Origin: Camelus ferus
Lineage: Eukaryota
Length of the DNA: 64,000 nt
Direction: 5' to 3'
NCBI RefSeq assembly: GCF_009834535.1
Contig: NC_045707.1
Location: 62,126,001-62,190,000, forward strand
This document shows positions 1 through 13,969 of the stretch, piece after piece. The notes below the pieces were generated by a model. It ran no database searches. It saw nothing but the letters and a program-made list of their open reading frames with translations, and had not been told where the DNA came from. How positions within the stretch are numbered: the stretch's first letter is position 1; every line of letters begins with the position of its first letter. The position numbers were made by a program, and so were the translations under genes.

Positions 1-279
1 TTAACATCCTATGCTATGTCTTTCAGAAAATATTCCATATTCATTTTGGTAATAACAAACTTAAAAAGAAGCCTAATTAAGAACTTACCAGTAGTATTAC
101 CTTTCTTTTTCCTTTCATTATAATTATTACTTTTCTCATTTATTTTAATTACTAGATTTCAAATAATAAAACTTAGGAACAGAAAACTAACTTGATAATA
201 AGAGAGTAAGGAATTTTCACACAGGCCTAAACACACACACATACACACACAGAGAAAAATATAACAAATGCCTTTTTAC

Positions 280-1750
280 TCACCAACAAGAATCAATCAT
301 TTTAACATCGTTATATTTAGTTTTTGTGCTTCACTGTTTTATTTAACAAATATAAAACATTCTACACGGCTAATTCTCTACTTAAATAATGTCTCTGTTA
401 AATGCAATCTTAAGTACTATTCAGCTGTCTACTTCTCTAAAGGCAACTGGTAACATGAATTTTGTATGCATATGTTTACAACTGCCGTTTGTTACTTTTT
501 ATATATAATGGATTATATTTGCTTTTAAATCTGTGTAAATGTTGTAAGAGTATATCATTCTTCAATTTGTTATTTTACTAAACAATATGTTTTTGAGATC
601 TATCCGTATTGCAAGAGAGAGAGAGAGAGAGAGACAGATGGATAGATATATTTAATTCATTCCTTTATCTGGTTGTAGAGTTTTTATACTCTTGCATTTC
701 CATCCTATAAATATTATATTGTGACCTACTGATCTCACTTTAACAGAATAAAGCTGGAATTTTTCTTGTAAAAATTTGCTATAACAGGCTTTAATTGGTG
801 AGTTTATTCAGTTTACATGATTATGTATACCTTAAATTTTTTTTTTCTTGTTCTGTGGATTCTATTTCCAACATATTTTCTTTGGTTCATTTTCTTTTTC
901 TTTTTACATTTTTACTGAATTCATAAATATTCCTTATTTTATTTTCTTCTCTCTATAAGAGTTTATTTTTTCCACAGCTACTTTTGCTTTTTTGCCAACT
1001 CCTTCATTTTTCTTACATTCTTAAATTATAGTTCAGCTTGGTATAGAATATTTGATTGACAATATTTTTCTTATGTGCTTTGAAGATATTATTCTTTTTC
1101 TTCATGTTATCATAGGATGAGAAATATGCTTGACTGGTGTACTTTTGGAGACTCTTAGATTTTAAATCTGATAGCTTTTGCTTTTTCTTCTTAAACTTTG
1201 AGATTCCACAGTTTCATAGAAATATACTTAAGCTTTAAGTTTTCAATCTAAGGATTTAGATATTTCTTTAATCCTGGGAAATTGTTGGCTTTCATCTCAT
1301 TAAATATTGCCTCTTTCACTTCTTCCATTCAATTATTTTTCTATGCCTCTATTCATTATTCTGCTAACCTAAATAGATCTATATTGGACCTTCTAAATCT
1401 ATCATGTTATCTACCTTAAGATAATTGATCAAGCCTATGTTGTAATTTGTCTATTGAGATTTCTTATGTTATGATTCGGATTTTTTTTTTTTTTTTTTTT
1501 TTTTGCTTTTTAAAAATCCATTTGGTTCTCTTCAAATATGCCTTTCTTGTTTCAAAATCTTGATCGTTTTTGAGATTTCACCTCTTATTTTATCTCTTTG
1601 AATATTTGGAACATACTATAGAGTCAATTTAAATTTTCTTTAAATTGTTGCATTATCTCTAGTTCCTTGGCTTACAATTCTGCCACTGTGGATCTGTCTG
1701 CAGTCATCTTCCACTGGACTTCATTATGAATCTTATAATTTAATTTCTTG
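280..1750 (-). mobile_element. Old, fragmented LINE-1 (L1ME-like 3' end followed by ORF1-region/HAL1-like remnants)
   Basis: T-rich decayed L1 antisense signatures, e.g. 'tatgtttttgagatctatcc' (~586-605) and 'ctttgaagatattattc' (~1078-1094). Boundaries approximate. Confidence 0.55.
614..634 (+). repeat. (AG)n microsatellite
   Basis: About 10 AG units read directly. Confidence 0.95.
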
Positions 1751-4614
1751 ACCAATCTTAGTGGGATAAATCTGAACTCCTAAAAGTACCAGGAATTATA
1801 GAGGCTATACTGTGGGACCATTTTTCACACTGCACCATGTCTTTATAGATTTCATCAATTTGGGACAAATTACACCATTAATTTGTATGCTCAGTGTTCT
1901 GGTTTAGGTATATTCCTTTCAGGACTGATAATAGAGCTTTGTTCCATATAGCTAGCTTGAATGTAACCTCAAAACTCTCCCATGTGCAGTCTCAGATACT
2001 TGTTTGTTTCTGTTCAGAATCTGGTGCAGTAACCTTACACAAGCAGATGAAAAATGTTTTGTTGGCATATTGAAAATATACATGGAATCTAGGTTTTCAA
2101 CCTTTTGTAGACTGTTCAAATCCTAGCTATAATTTCTTTATACCAAGTCTAAATTCTTCCACCTTCAATTTTATGACTTACATGCCTTCAACCTCCTTTG
2201 AGGACCCAAAGCTATTGATTGTTATTCTATCCAGTAATTAATTACATATGTCTGAACAAGGAGAAAATAATCTGTCAGCTCAATCTGATAACTGAACATA
2301 GGTAAGGTTCACAAAAATTTATACTTACTTGTTATACTTACATTTGAATTACATCTTTAGATTCAAATAATTACTTGGAAATTTTCCTTTCCACAGCAAA
2401 TACATAAATGTTCATTATATTTTTGATCTTTTTATGTATCATCAATACATTTTCAGAAGGTATTTCAATAAAGAAAATTTGTATTTCCCCAGGAGATTTA
2501 CACATCAAAATAATATGTGCAAAGGGATTGAATATGAGGACCCATATTGAAAACCAAATGTATTCATATTTACTCATGACTTAGTATCTTAGGTTTACTT
2601 ATAAAATCAGTGAGATGAACTCTTACTGTTGTTTGATAACTAGCGCTTAAATTAACAGACCTATTTAAACAGTGAAGACTAAGTCTGTTTGCTTCAGGGT
2701 CAGCCAGATACACCACCAATCTTTTGAATCAAAAGAAATATTGGCCTTCTTATAGTGGTTATAAGAAGAATCATAATAAGTTTATTATTATCAGAAAATG
2801 GAGGAGAAATCAGAGCCATGTGATATTCATTATACCTGTCCATCAATTAAATTTTAGTCAATTTGCAACATACAGAAGTATCTATGTTATGCCATGTGCT
2901 CATCCCATTTCCCATTACACCCTAAATCAACAGATCACTAAGATAATTTAGTTAATTTTGTCTGTTCAAGATCATATTGAAAAGAAAATAAAACCAAGTT
3001 TGGATCACTGTTCTATTGTTAATATATCTCACTTGGAAGAGAACTTTTTGCATTTTCAAATATTACTTTCATGATTCATAGCAACGATCTTAAGGCACTG
3101 GTTCTCATGTGAACTGCATATCATTTCTCTTTTGTAATGGCTGGGCAATTAGCATGGTGTAAAGACAAAAATAATCATGAGGCATAATTTACACAGTAAC
3201 AATACATAAGAAAGAAGTGATTAACTGTACCTAAAACATTTAAGATTAAGCACTTCCAAAAATGTGTGTTATTAGACTATGTAAACTTTATGAATTTAAG
3301 GCTTTATATTTCCCCTAGTGCATAGAAAATAAGTGATAAGAAGCTAATTAAATGTTATTTAGAGTTGTCTCAGATATTTAAAGATTGAATTAAAAGGGCT
3401 AAACCAACTAATATAATCAACAAATATTTTTGAGGAACTAGGATGTAGGAGGTATGTGGCATTAATTGGACATATACATTTTTAAGAGACATAATTTGCT
3501 TCTCAGTAAGATTAAATCTACTACAAAGGAGCTCTCTTAGGCAGTATTAATTAATGCTTATTATGTTTAAAATAATAATAATAATAAATGATTAAATAAT
3601 ACACTAATAAATTAATTACTGAAATAAAATGAAGAAAGATATGAAAAAACTAATGAGATGCTTTGAGAAATGAGAGTCGTATAAGGGCATATGGATTGAA
3701 GAGGAATGAAGAAAAGAGAAGGAATGATTACACAATGAAGAAAATGAGAAATAAAACTAAATAAATGAGAAATGAAACAAACTACAGGAAAATTAAAAAA
3801 AAAAACAACAAAAATCAGCAAAATGTGCACAAGGCTTCCAAAATAATTATTTATTTACTGAAATTAAAATTTTATTTATATTATGAGGCTTTAATATGGA
3901 CTGTCCTTAGCAAAATCATAAAGCATGTTTTACTAATATTCTGAAATAATAAAGTCACTATTGTTTTACAATGCAACACTGTATTAAGCATTGAGGATCT
4001 TCAATGCACTAAACTTTTATAGATATAAAACTCTTGTCAAATAGTACCATTTCCTTTGTTTTGTATAAATATTTCAGATCCAAAATTGTGACTTAGGAGC
4101 AGAATATTTACCAAAAAAAGCAATTCTTATATAAAAGCAGAAAAAAACAACAAAAAAAAGTTAAGCTATCTCAACAATCTGACATAGTTACAGGGGTTTT
4201 ATGGGGCTTTATGCTTCTGATAAAATTATTAGTCATAATTCTTATTCCCCTTGATAAAATAATGTAAAACAGCTTTCTTAATTCTCTCCATGGAGACAAT
4301 TTTAAAAATGAACAAAATAGATAACAAAAAAGCATCTTATAACTACCAAAAACTATCAAAAGAGTGAGGACACAGAGTCAAAAATCTAAAAGAATATAAG
4401 ACCACAAAGTACTAAGTCTAGGAATGAAAAAAGCTTTTTATGAGGCATAAAATTTAGCTTCTGATTCTTTTTTTTTAAAAACACAAATATGTGTAACAAA
4501 TAGTCGAAAACAAAAGCAAAGAAAGGGCTGAAGTAGCAAAACCGGAGGAGAATTCAGAACCAGATCAACAATGATTTCAGCTTTAGATTTATCAGCCACA
4601 AATTAAATTAAATT

Positions 4615-4616
<2 letters not shown>

Positions 4617-4660
<44 letters not shown>
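4617..4660 (+). repeat. (AC)22 microsatellite
   Basis: Uninterrupted AC run read directly. Confidence 0.97.
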
Positions 4661-4662
<2 letters not shown>

Positions 4663-4664
4663 TA

Positions 4665-5145
4665 CCATGCTCATGGAGATTTAAAAAGTGCTTAAAAACT
4701 TTGTCAGGAATAAAAAACTATAAAATGTGACACAGTAGTTTTATATGAGCCAAATAAAAATTTTTGAAAAAACGTACCTTAACCAATAGTAACAGCAAAA
4801 GCAGGAGGCTACTAAATGGTTTTCAGAGGCAGATATTATATCTAAGAGCAGGTCAGACATACCTGGAGAAAGAACCAGCCAACTGGAAAACAGATCTGAA
4901 GAAGCACTCAAAATACAGAACTGAGATAAGAAGACTCAAATTGGAGAAGAGATGATAAGAAAATTGCAAATACAGTGAGACATTCTGAAATTGGTATCAC
5001 TGGAGTCTCAAAAGAAGCACATAGAAGAAATAATTCAAAAGCAATGTTTGAAGATAAACCGGTTGAGCATTTTTCAGAACTAATGAAGTCAACAGTCCAC
5101 CAATTTGAGAAGCCCAGTAAATCCTTAGCATGACAAATAGGGTAA
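4665..5145 (+). mobile_element. Decayed L1/HAL1 ORF1-region fragment
   Basis: Frameshifted pieces such as SQLENRSEE, IGITGVSKE and MFEDKPVEHFSELMK resemble L1 ORF1p motifs. Confidence 0.6.
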
Positions 5146-5149
5146 AATA

Positions 5150-6440
5150 CACTTGGAAAACTGTTTAGTATTTTCTCAGATTGAACATAAGCATATTCTA
5201 TGGCCTAGTGGTTTTGTTTCTAGTTTATATCACAAACATAAATGCATATGTACACAAAAAATACATATAAGAATGCTCATAACAGTTTCATTTATATTTG
5301 CCTTAAACTGGAAACAACCTAAATGTGTATCACATACAAGTGAAGCATTGTCTATTTTTCAATGAAAGGAAAGTAGAAAATTATACAGCAGTGAAAAAGA
5401 ACAAACTACTGCTACCTGAAATATCACGTATATATCTTTTACATATAATGCTGTGCAAGTGAGGACAATCATAACAGGTATACACCACATGATTCCATTT
5501 ATACAAATTTTAAAAACAGAAAAAAACAAAATAATGTGTTAAAGGTCAGAATAATAATTGTGTTTGGTGGAGGTTGATTGGGAGGGAGGATTGGAGAAGT
5601 TTCTAGTGTGCTGTTAAAGGTCTGTGTTTTGATCTGGGTGGCAAATAAACAAACTTGTTTGCAAAATTTTATAAAGCTATCTACCAAAGATTTGTACATT
5701 ATATTACAAGGATGCTGTGCTTTTATAAAATAAGACCTTGCCATTAAAAATGTTAAAGCTATTGAGAAGAGGAAAAAGATACATAAAATTTGGACCAAGA
5801 ACATGGCTAGGGAAAGTTTCCTTATGGAGAAAACATGCATTTTGTATGATATGAGAAGAAATTGATAAATTTATCTACATGAAAATCAAGAGCTTCTTTC
5901 CATCCATAGTAACTGATGAACAATTCATATCCAGAACGTCCAGAAACTCTACTTAGCTATAAGGAAACAAATAAAGGACAACCCACTTAAAAATTGGCAA
6001 AATTCTTGAACAAGAACTTCAAAACAAACAAAAATGCAAATCGTATCAACAGCATCACTTAAAAAGTTGGGCAACATCTTCAATAAACATGGAAAATCTA
6101 ACAACTCCATGTGTTAAACAATTTGTGGAACAACAAGCATTTTCATACTCTACTGGCTTGTATATTCATTTTTATAACCATTTTGGAAAGCTCTTTGGAA
6201 TTATCTGCTGAAGTTGAAGATATGTACATTGTAAGAACAAATAATTCCATTCTTGAATGAATGACAAGTAAAGGTGCGCCAGGACCTATGCATAGAGATG
6301 TTTGTAGCAGCATTGTTCCTTGTTGCCCTAACCTAGAAATGACTGAATGGTCATCTACGTTAGAATGGATAAATGAATTCTGTTATATTTATAAAATGTA
6401 AGTCTACCTAGCAAAGGAGCTAAACAAACTGATTTTGTTG
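5150..6440 (+). mobile_element. Old L1 (L1ME/L1MC-like) 3' fragments, at least two pieces
   Basis: 'aactggaaacaacctaaatgt' (~5307), 'gattccatttataca' (~5491), 'aaaaattggcaaaattcttgaac' (~5989), 'tagaatggataaatgaa' (~6361). Confidence 0.65.
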
Positions 6441-6764
6441 TTAAACTAAAAACATTCTAATGCTAAAATCAGTTTGACATGAACAAAAGTTGATTTGCTT
6501 TATTTGTTAAGATTTCAAAGGAAAAGCATAAAAAGACAGAAAGGTTTTACAATGTAATTAGGTAAAGATTATAGTTCTTATGATATACATGGTATAGAAA
6601 AATATAGAAATAAAATATATACATCAAATTTGAAAAAGAAAAGCTAGACACATAAAGCAGAATTAATTCAGAAGGGAAATATCTATTTCATTTCAAGTTT
6701 CCCCTAAATTATTTATTTCTTTGTTTTAAACTCTGTTTCTAATTTTTTAAAATTACCCACTTGC

Positions 6765-6947
6765 GGGGGGAGGATATAGCTCAAGTGGTAGAGCGCATGC
6801 CTAGCATGCACAAGGTCCTGGGTTCAATCCCCAGTACCTCCTCTAGAAAGAAAGAAAGAAATAAACCTAATTACCTCCCCCTTCAAAAAAAAAAAAAAAA
6901 AAAAACCCAAACCAAAAAATAATAAAATAAATTAAAAATAAATAAAT
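6765..6947 (+). mobile_element. Camelid tRNA-derived SINE (Vic-1-like), full length, with target-site duplication (TSD)
   Basis: A box 'tagctcaagtgg', B box 'ggttcaatcc', tail 'aaacctaattacctccccc' plus A-rich end. TSD aaaattacccacttgc (6749-6764) vs aaagttacccacttgc (6948-6963), at a TT/AAAA site. Confidence 0.92.
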
Positions 6948-8992
6948 AAAGTTACCCACTTGCTAAAGCTAGGGTTACATTAAACGGAGAGTACTGTACC
7001 CAGCAGATATCTGAGAAAAAGCTTCAGAATTGTTTTTATTCGTTTAAAAAAATTTAATTACCATTATATACTTTTTGTTTTAAATTTTGAAAACTATTCA
7101 TTTTATATGATAAATATTCAGTTGATTCATGTTATATATATCAGATTAGTTCCCCCCTAGTTTTCTGTGTACTAGAAATTAGACTGTGTAATAGAAATAT
7201 GTACAGAAGACTTTATCTCCTCACGTGAAATAACTTTAACGTCGTAATATATATTGATGACTCTCATTCTACCATCATGTGCATTGTAGGTGGGACAAAA
7301 ATCTTAAGATCTTTCAAATTTGAAAAAAAAATTAATACGTTACTGGGGAAAACAATGTCAAACTCTGAGGTAGATATATATTTTATTTTATATATTTTAA
7401 ATGACTTTTAAAAATAACTGAAGGCTAAATTAAACTTAATGAAGCACTGGGGACATAATTTATTATTATTATTATAACTATGATTAAACTATCTTTTTAT
7501 GTCAGATCTACTATTACTTCAACTACAACTACATATAATAATGTGATAATATATAAATTCCTTTCACTTTGAAGTAACCAGAGTTTCTTTTGATTTATGT
7601 TGTACATGATAAAACTGACCTCCACATAGTTAGGCTACTTTGAGACCTGACATCACTTTCTCTCTAAACAATCTTGAAGCTCTTTTTATAGGAGTTAATT
7701 GCTCACTGAAGGCGAGAGGAATTCATGCAGGAAAGTGTCAGGGTCATTATGTGCTCAGCCATGTCTTACACAGGTATTTGAAGTTGTTTGCTTAGTCTGT
7801 GGTGTATTTTAATGTAGAGATATAAATGCTGGCCAGAGTTCTGGGCTTTAATTGAATACTGTCAAGGTATTGATTAGAGTGTATTGATCCATAACTGAAT
7901 ATACTATCTACTGAGCCACAGTGCCAGGAAACTCGGCTATGTTTTTAGTTCTGTTCTGATTATTGTCTGTTATCAGGACAATGTGTAAATTACAGTGTCA
8001 TTATTTGAGAACAGTGTTACATAGCCGTTGATAAGACATGTTTCTCCTTTCATTCCTTTAAGCTACAAGTTTGGATAAAAAAGGACACAATATTAGTTTC
8101 ATGTATTTTCTGATGGCATCTTTGAGAATAAAGGGACGGCTTTAGTAAGACAATAGGTTTAATTAAAATCAATTTGGAAATTATTTTGTACAAAATGGAT
8201 AAATTACCTAGAAAATGTTGTTATTTTTCTCTCTCCAAAGACATTGATGGTCCTCTTTTTCCTCAGTCATCACTGATGTTTCCAATCCTCACACAATGAA
8301 ACTTAATTTCAGTACAATATAGTCTTCCACCTGCCTGTCTCCCCATGTAGCTTCTAGATGGTGTTCAGTGGTTTCTCTATATTGTTGGAGAGTTCAGCAT
8401 CATCACTGAAACTTTGCACGTTGGACTTGAAGTGTAAACTTAAATAGAATCATGTCTACATTGCATCTTTGGTCTCTACTTACGCAGTATTCATATGCTT
8501 TTGTATGCATTTATTTGATAGAATGTTCACAAACATTAAGGACCAACAAGAAAAATGTCAAAGAATCCTGGCTCAGAGCAGCACATTGGTAAGGATTATT
8601 TTCAAATTTAAGATATGCTCCCTGAAATGACAAAATAAAATGTCTCAATTTCACTTTTCAAAGCACAGAGTAATGGAGTCACATTACCTACATATTTAAT
8701 ATGCATTAATACAACAACAAACAGTTGATGAACAAACAGTAGACACTTTTTCCTATCATTTCACTCAGTGGTCACACACTCCAGGGCAAGCATAAGCTGA
8801 GATAAATTTTTTCATTCAATTAAATTTCTTACAAGCCTTTTAGGATATGGATATCTTGCACCATTCTCGTCTACTATTGGTGGCCAGAATTTATATTTCT
8901 ATTGTTTTAAACTTACAGTGTTTTTTTTTAAAGACAACTATTTCCACAAGCACGATCTTTGGTTTACACATTTTGTTGTGTTGTTCAATTCC

Positions 8993-9444
8993 TTTGTGTT
9001 TTGAATTATGTCCCCTGAAATATATGTTCAAGTGTTATTCCTCAGTACCTTGTGAAAGTTGTCTTATTTGAAAATATGTTCTTCGCAGATGTAATCAAAT
9101 TAAGATGAGGTCACACTAGATTACAGCAGGCTCGAATCCAATGACTGATGTCCATACAAGAAAAAGGAAATTTGCACATAGGAAGAATGCCATCTAATGA
9201 TGGAAACAGAGAATAAAGTTGTGAGGCCACAAGCTAACGAGTGCAAAGGACAACCAGCAACCATCAGAAGCTGGGAAAGAACACGGAATAGGTTTGCCTT
9301 CTGAATCCCGGAAGGAACGAATGTTGACGATACTTTAATTTTGGACATTTGGCCTCCTGAACTATGAAAGCATAAGCTTCTGTTAACTTAAGCCACCTAC
9401 ACTGTGGTAGTTTTTTTTAATGGCAGACCTGGGACACTAATACA
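8993..9444 (+). mobile_element. ERVL-MaLR solo LTR (MLT1B/C-like)
   Basis: Diagnostic 'ttgaattatgtcccc', 'gcagatgtaatcaaattaagatgaggtca', 'aatccaatgactgatgtcc' and terminal 'actaataca'. Confidence 0.88.
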
Positions 9445-9714
9445 AGCCCCAGAGGAAAACAAAAACAACAAAATCCTGGCTCTAATTCCTTAGTGTGAGA
9501 CAGTCAATGTGGATCCTTCCTAAGGGATTTTTGAAGGTAATATTATGAATGATACCGTTTATATAGGATCCTGGTTAGAGTCAGCATCGAACGTATCTTG
9601 ATAGTGGGAACTCTTCAACATTTTTGAAAGACAAATTCATGGTTATAATGTTGGTGATCTAATTCATATAGTTACTACATAACACTTTGTATATTTTTAC
9701 ATGTTAGCAATAGA

Positions 9715-9895
9715 AATAGTGGTTAATTACTAGAGTTCCTGAGTTGAGGGAAAAAAAACAAAACAAGTATTTATATCCAGTTCTACGTGGCCATGGGCAA
9801 GTTACTAAGATGATCTGAACTTGTTATCTCTCTATGAAACGGAGCTGATAATAAGAACTAATATATCGGGCTGCTTTAAGTTTTAAATAATGTAA
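9715..9895 (+). mobile_element. MIR fragment
   Basis: Core-like 'ggccatgggcaagttact...ctatgaaacggagctgataata'. Confidence 0.55.
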
Positions 9896-9899
9896 TTTT

Positions 9900-10015
9900 C
9901 ACTAGAATGTAAGCTACCCTTGACAAGGGGCATTTGTCTTTTTTACTCACTGCTAGAGCCACACAGAAGAGATTCTATGATCACTTGTTACCTGGATTCG
10001 CGGATGAATGAGTAA
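9900..10015 (+). mobile_element. L2 3' end
   Basis: 'actagaatgtaagct...ggggcatttgtc...ctcactgct...gatgaatga' matches the L2 3' terminus pattern. Confidence 0.6.
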
Positions 10016-10809
10016 TGCCTGACCCGGCACATGGAAAATATTCTAAAAGTATTAGATAACAATGCCCACCCCCCCAAAAAAAACCACTATCAGATTAATT
10101 TACTTTGGACTTTTCTAAAGATCTACGATGGACTAATTTTTCTTCTCTTTTCAAAATAGACTTTCACTTTTATAGTTTGCTTATAACACACAAGCATTGT
10201 TCATTTCATGCAACTTTTAATACAAGACAAAATGATTTATATATTGTTTGATGGATTCGATGTTACATGAATAAATAGGTGGCTAGGAAACATTATGCTC
10301 TTGAAATTCATTAGAACTTTTACGCAACTAGGATGTTATTTATCAAATCAATTTAGCAAATTATTGAAAGGTGGCTTAGTAACCAACGATATACTAATTA
10401 TCAAGAACAGTTCTGCCTCCTCTGGGCTATCTAGTGATAAAAGAAAGCACATCAATCATTTTCAGACTTATGCTATTGTCCACCCGGTGACTCACGAGAA
10501 GTGTAAATGGCTCATAGTGAATCATCTCCTTTGTCCAAAAGCGGTTTAAAACAAACATTGCACTTTTTAATGGATGAATCACTAGTGTTGCATCCAAATG
10601 GGGATTGAGACAAAATCCAGTCAACATACAAACCTCTGAATTAAAGAAAAATGACCTGAATATAAGGGTTCCAAAAGTTGTTTAATGGCAATTTGTATCC
10701 TCAAGTTCTTTATCTTTCTCTTTCTCTTTTTTCTCAGTTCTTTCTTATATGCATACATATATCAACAGATAATATATATCAACACATTCAGTTTGGCTCA
10801 AAAATAGTT

Positions 10810-11380
10810 ATATGAGATGAGGCTAGAAAACCAGGGAGAGGATTATAAAGGGATTTGCATTTCTTATTAAACACTGAAGGTTTTTAACCAGAAAAGTGAT
10901 AAAGTGATATGCCCCCGCCAAAACTCTATTGATAATATGAAATACTGACAAATATAGAAACTTAATTGATGAAAAGAGACAGAAAGAAGAATTAGCAAGT
11001 TACTGGATTAAGACAAGAAAGGACTAGTTTGTGCTAAAGCTAAGATAGTAGCTACACGAACAAAATAAGAATATGTATATATATATTGAGGAGGAAAAAA
11101 GCAACCTGACAATTGTTAAAGCACAGGAATTACGTGAAGGTAATGTCAGAAAAAGGGAAAGGAGTCACTTTGGCCTTAATCCCAGGTTTCTACAGAGATA
11201 CGCAAGACATTAACCAGACAGGAGAATAATTAAACATATGTTTTTAAAATTCAGGGAAGCAATCTGGGTCAGGGATACTGACTTGAGAGTATGTAGTCAT
11301 GAAAACGGGTGAAAATTCAGCCAGGCAAAATGAATTGATGGATAGAGGAGGAAGTTAATAATGAAAATTACAGAAAATGC
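10810..11380 (-). mobile_element. Decayed L2 fragments
   Basis: Purine-rich L2-like text, e.g. 'gagatgaggctagaaa', 'ttttaaaattcagggaagcaatctggg'. Confidence 0.4.
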
Positions 11381-11414
11381 AAGTGATAATCTTTTAAAAA
11401 TTTTACTTAATATA

Positions 11415-12778
11415 CTTTCCTTTCCCCCAGCTTTACTGAGATACAGTGGACATATAATTTTGAGTAAGTTTAAGGTGTACACGGTAATGATTTTAAATAT
11501 GTATATATTGCAAAATGCTTACCACAGTAAGATTAGTTAGAACATCGCTCACCTCACATAGCTATAATTTTTTGTGTGCATGATGAGAATTTTAAGATCT
11601 ACTCTCTTAGCAACTTCCAAATAGACGTTATTGTTAACAATCATTACCATGCTGTACATTACATTCTGAGGACTTATTCATATTATAATGGAGGTTCATA
11701 CCTTCTGACCACCTTCACCATTACTCCCAACACTTACTCCCTTAGCCCAGCAACCACCAGTCTGCTGTTTCTATGAGTAGATTTTTTAGATTCCACATAT
11801 AAATGAGGTCATATAATATTTGTATTTTCTGTCTGACTTACTTTACTTATTAGCACAGAGCTCCCAAGCTCCATCCATGTTGTTGCAAATGGCAGGATTC
11901 CCTTCTTTTTTATATGTCTTGTCTCCATGTTGTGGCTTTTGTAAACAATGCTGAAATAAACTTAGGAGTGCAGATTATCTCCTTGAAACAATGATTTCAC
12001 TTCCTTTGGATATATACCCCAAAGTAAATCGTTGGATCATATGTGGCTCTATTTTTAATGTTTTGAGGAAACTCCATACTATTTTCCATAGTGACTGCAT
12101 CAGTTTACATTCCCGCCATCCGTGTAAAAAAAGTTTTCCTTTCTCCACATCCCTGATAGCATGTTATGTCTTGTCTTTTTGATAACAGCCATTCTGTCAG
12201 AAGTGAAGTAATATTTCATTGTGGCTTTGATTTGCATTTCTCTGATGATAAATGATGTTGAGTATCTTTTTAGGTACCTGTTGACTATTTGTATGTCTTC
12301 TTTAGATAAATATATATTTAAATTCTTTGATCATTTTTTAAAATCAGATTTTTTTTTTGTCTTTGAGTTGTATGAGTTCCTTACATATTTTAAACATACC
12401 CCCTTATCTGATATGTGGTTTGCAAATATTTCTCCCTTTCCATATGTTACCTTTCCCTTTTGTTGATTGTTTCCTTTGCTTTGCAGAAGCTTTTTAGTTT
12501 GGTGACATTTCACTTGTTGATTTTTGCTTTTGTTGCTTGAGTGTTTGGTGTCATATCCAAATATTGTTGCCAAGGCCAATGTCAAGGAGGCTTTTCCTTA
12601 GGTTTTCTTTCAGGAGTTTTACAGTTTCAGGTCTTGCATTTAAATCTTTAATACATTTCAACTGCGTTTTTGTGAGTGGTATAAGATGGGGTCCAGTTTC
12701 ATTCTTTTGCATGCGAGTATTCAGTTCTCCCAGCACCACTGATTGAATAAACTACCTGTTCTCCACTGAGTATTCTGA
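11415..12778 (-). mobile_element. 5'-truncated L1 (L1MA9-like 3' UTR plus ORF2 C-terminal remnant)
   Basis: ORF 12551-12739 reads PHLIPLTKTQLKCIKDLNARPETVKLLKENLRKSLLDIGLG and ORF 12331-12585 contains EIFANHISDKG, both L1 ORF2p motifs. 3' end 'ccagctttactgagata' at ~11427. Confidence 0.93.
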
Positions 12779-13499
12779 TTTGTTAATTGAGTTAACATAC
12801 CATGACGAGCTTAGAGTTGTGCTATTACCTGGTAAACATTATGTAAGTGTTAGCTAATACTATAGATGCTGAATTAAGGAGCCAGTTAAATGTTAAAATT
12901 GAAGACACAAAAGTAAAATAAGAAAACTGATAGAAAAAGAGAATGGAAATAAAAAGGAATGTGATTAATCTTCTTAAATTAAATAAACAAATCTTATTCC
13001 TGAAGTAGACAATGTAGAACAATGATTAAGATTAATTCAGGTATATTTTTAAGTAATGGATTGATGGATGATGGCATTAGTGATTAGGAAGGTAGAAGAA
13101 ATTCAGTTCTTTTGGCTATTTCTATTACTGTTTTATAATAGGTAAAAATCACTTGAAGAAAGAGATAATTTAAGGATAGGAGGGTTGAAATTATTATTAT
13201 TTTTTTTTTCAGTTTTTAATCTAGATTTATTTTGACCTCACTCGCTCACCTGTGAGGAGAGTTGAGATTATTAAAGTTTTGCCATAACCATTGTCTGGAA
13301 ATGGAAAAAAGATGCTAAATAGGAAGACAGAGGAGAAAAATGAAATGGTAATTGGAATACAGCTGAAGTTGTGGACCATAAGTTGTTCTCAGTGTTAACA
13401 GAACAATATTCCTTTGAGACTCTCAATAGATACAATGACCAAATTATTTTACTAAAACTATCCTCTTATTAATTACTAGAACCAGTTTTAAGAGCATAC

Positions 13500-13969
13500 A
13501 GTAGCAGTTATAGTTAACTAACCATCATCTATTCCCCATGAAATAATTAGCCTAAGTCAACCTTAATACTTTCTTTAAATCTGCCAGTGCTTAGTTTAGA
13601 GATGGACAAGTTTAACAACGTAAGACCAATGCAATGTGACTAAATATCTGCTTTGGACTTCTACGGCAGTGAGTTCCGCCTCTGCTGTTGGATGTGAAGA
13701 GAAGTGCCTGTCATCCCAGTTCTGCTAGCAGGCAGCTCATGCTCGTGAGACGAGCATCCTCAAGACGAATCTAACTTTTGGTGGCAGAACAGAGACACAG
13801 AAATGACCTTGGCTTTTCATACAGTCCTTTGGAAAGCAAATCAAGTATCCCAAGAGCCTGACCTAAATCTGGACCACCTAATTATGTGAGTTTATACATT
13901 TTCTTTTTTTAAAAATACAATTTAAGTTGAGATTTTCATTATCTAGAGCTGAAATACTTCAATCTAACA
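13500..13969 (+). mobile_element. Old MaLR LTR (MLT1I/J/K-like)
   Basis: 'ggtggcagaacagagacacagaaatgaccttgg', 'aaatctggaccacctaattatgtgag', 'ttaagttgagattttc'. Confidence 0.6.

Noticed and set aside
1481..1504. Long homopolymers (T24 here, T27 near 49738-49764)
   Set aside because: Ordinary mononucleotide runs with no associated retrocopy or TSD.
6765..6842. Apparent tRNA gene
   Set aside because: It is the head of a SINE: SINE tail, poly-A and TSD follow, and there is a second copy at 33679.
12221..12746. Cluster of overlapping ORFs (also 30471-31067 and 42941-43481)
   Set aside because: These are frameshifted L1 ORF2 remnants and their antisense frames, not host genes.
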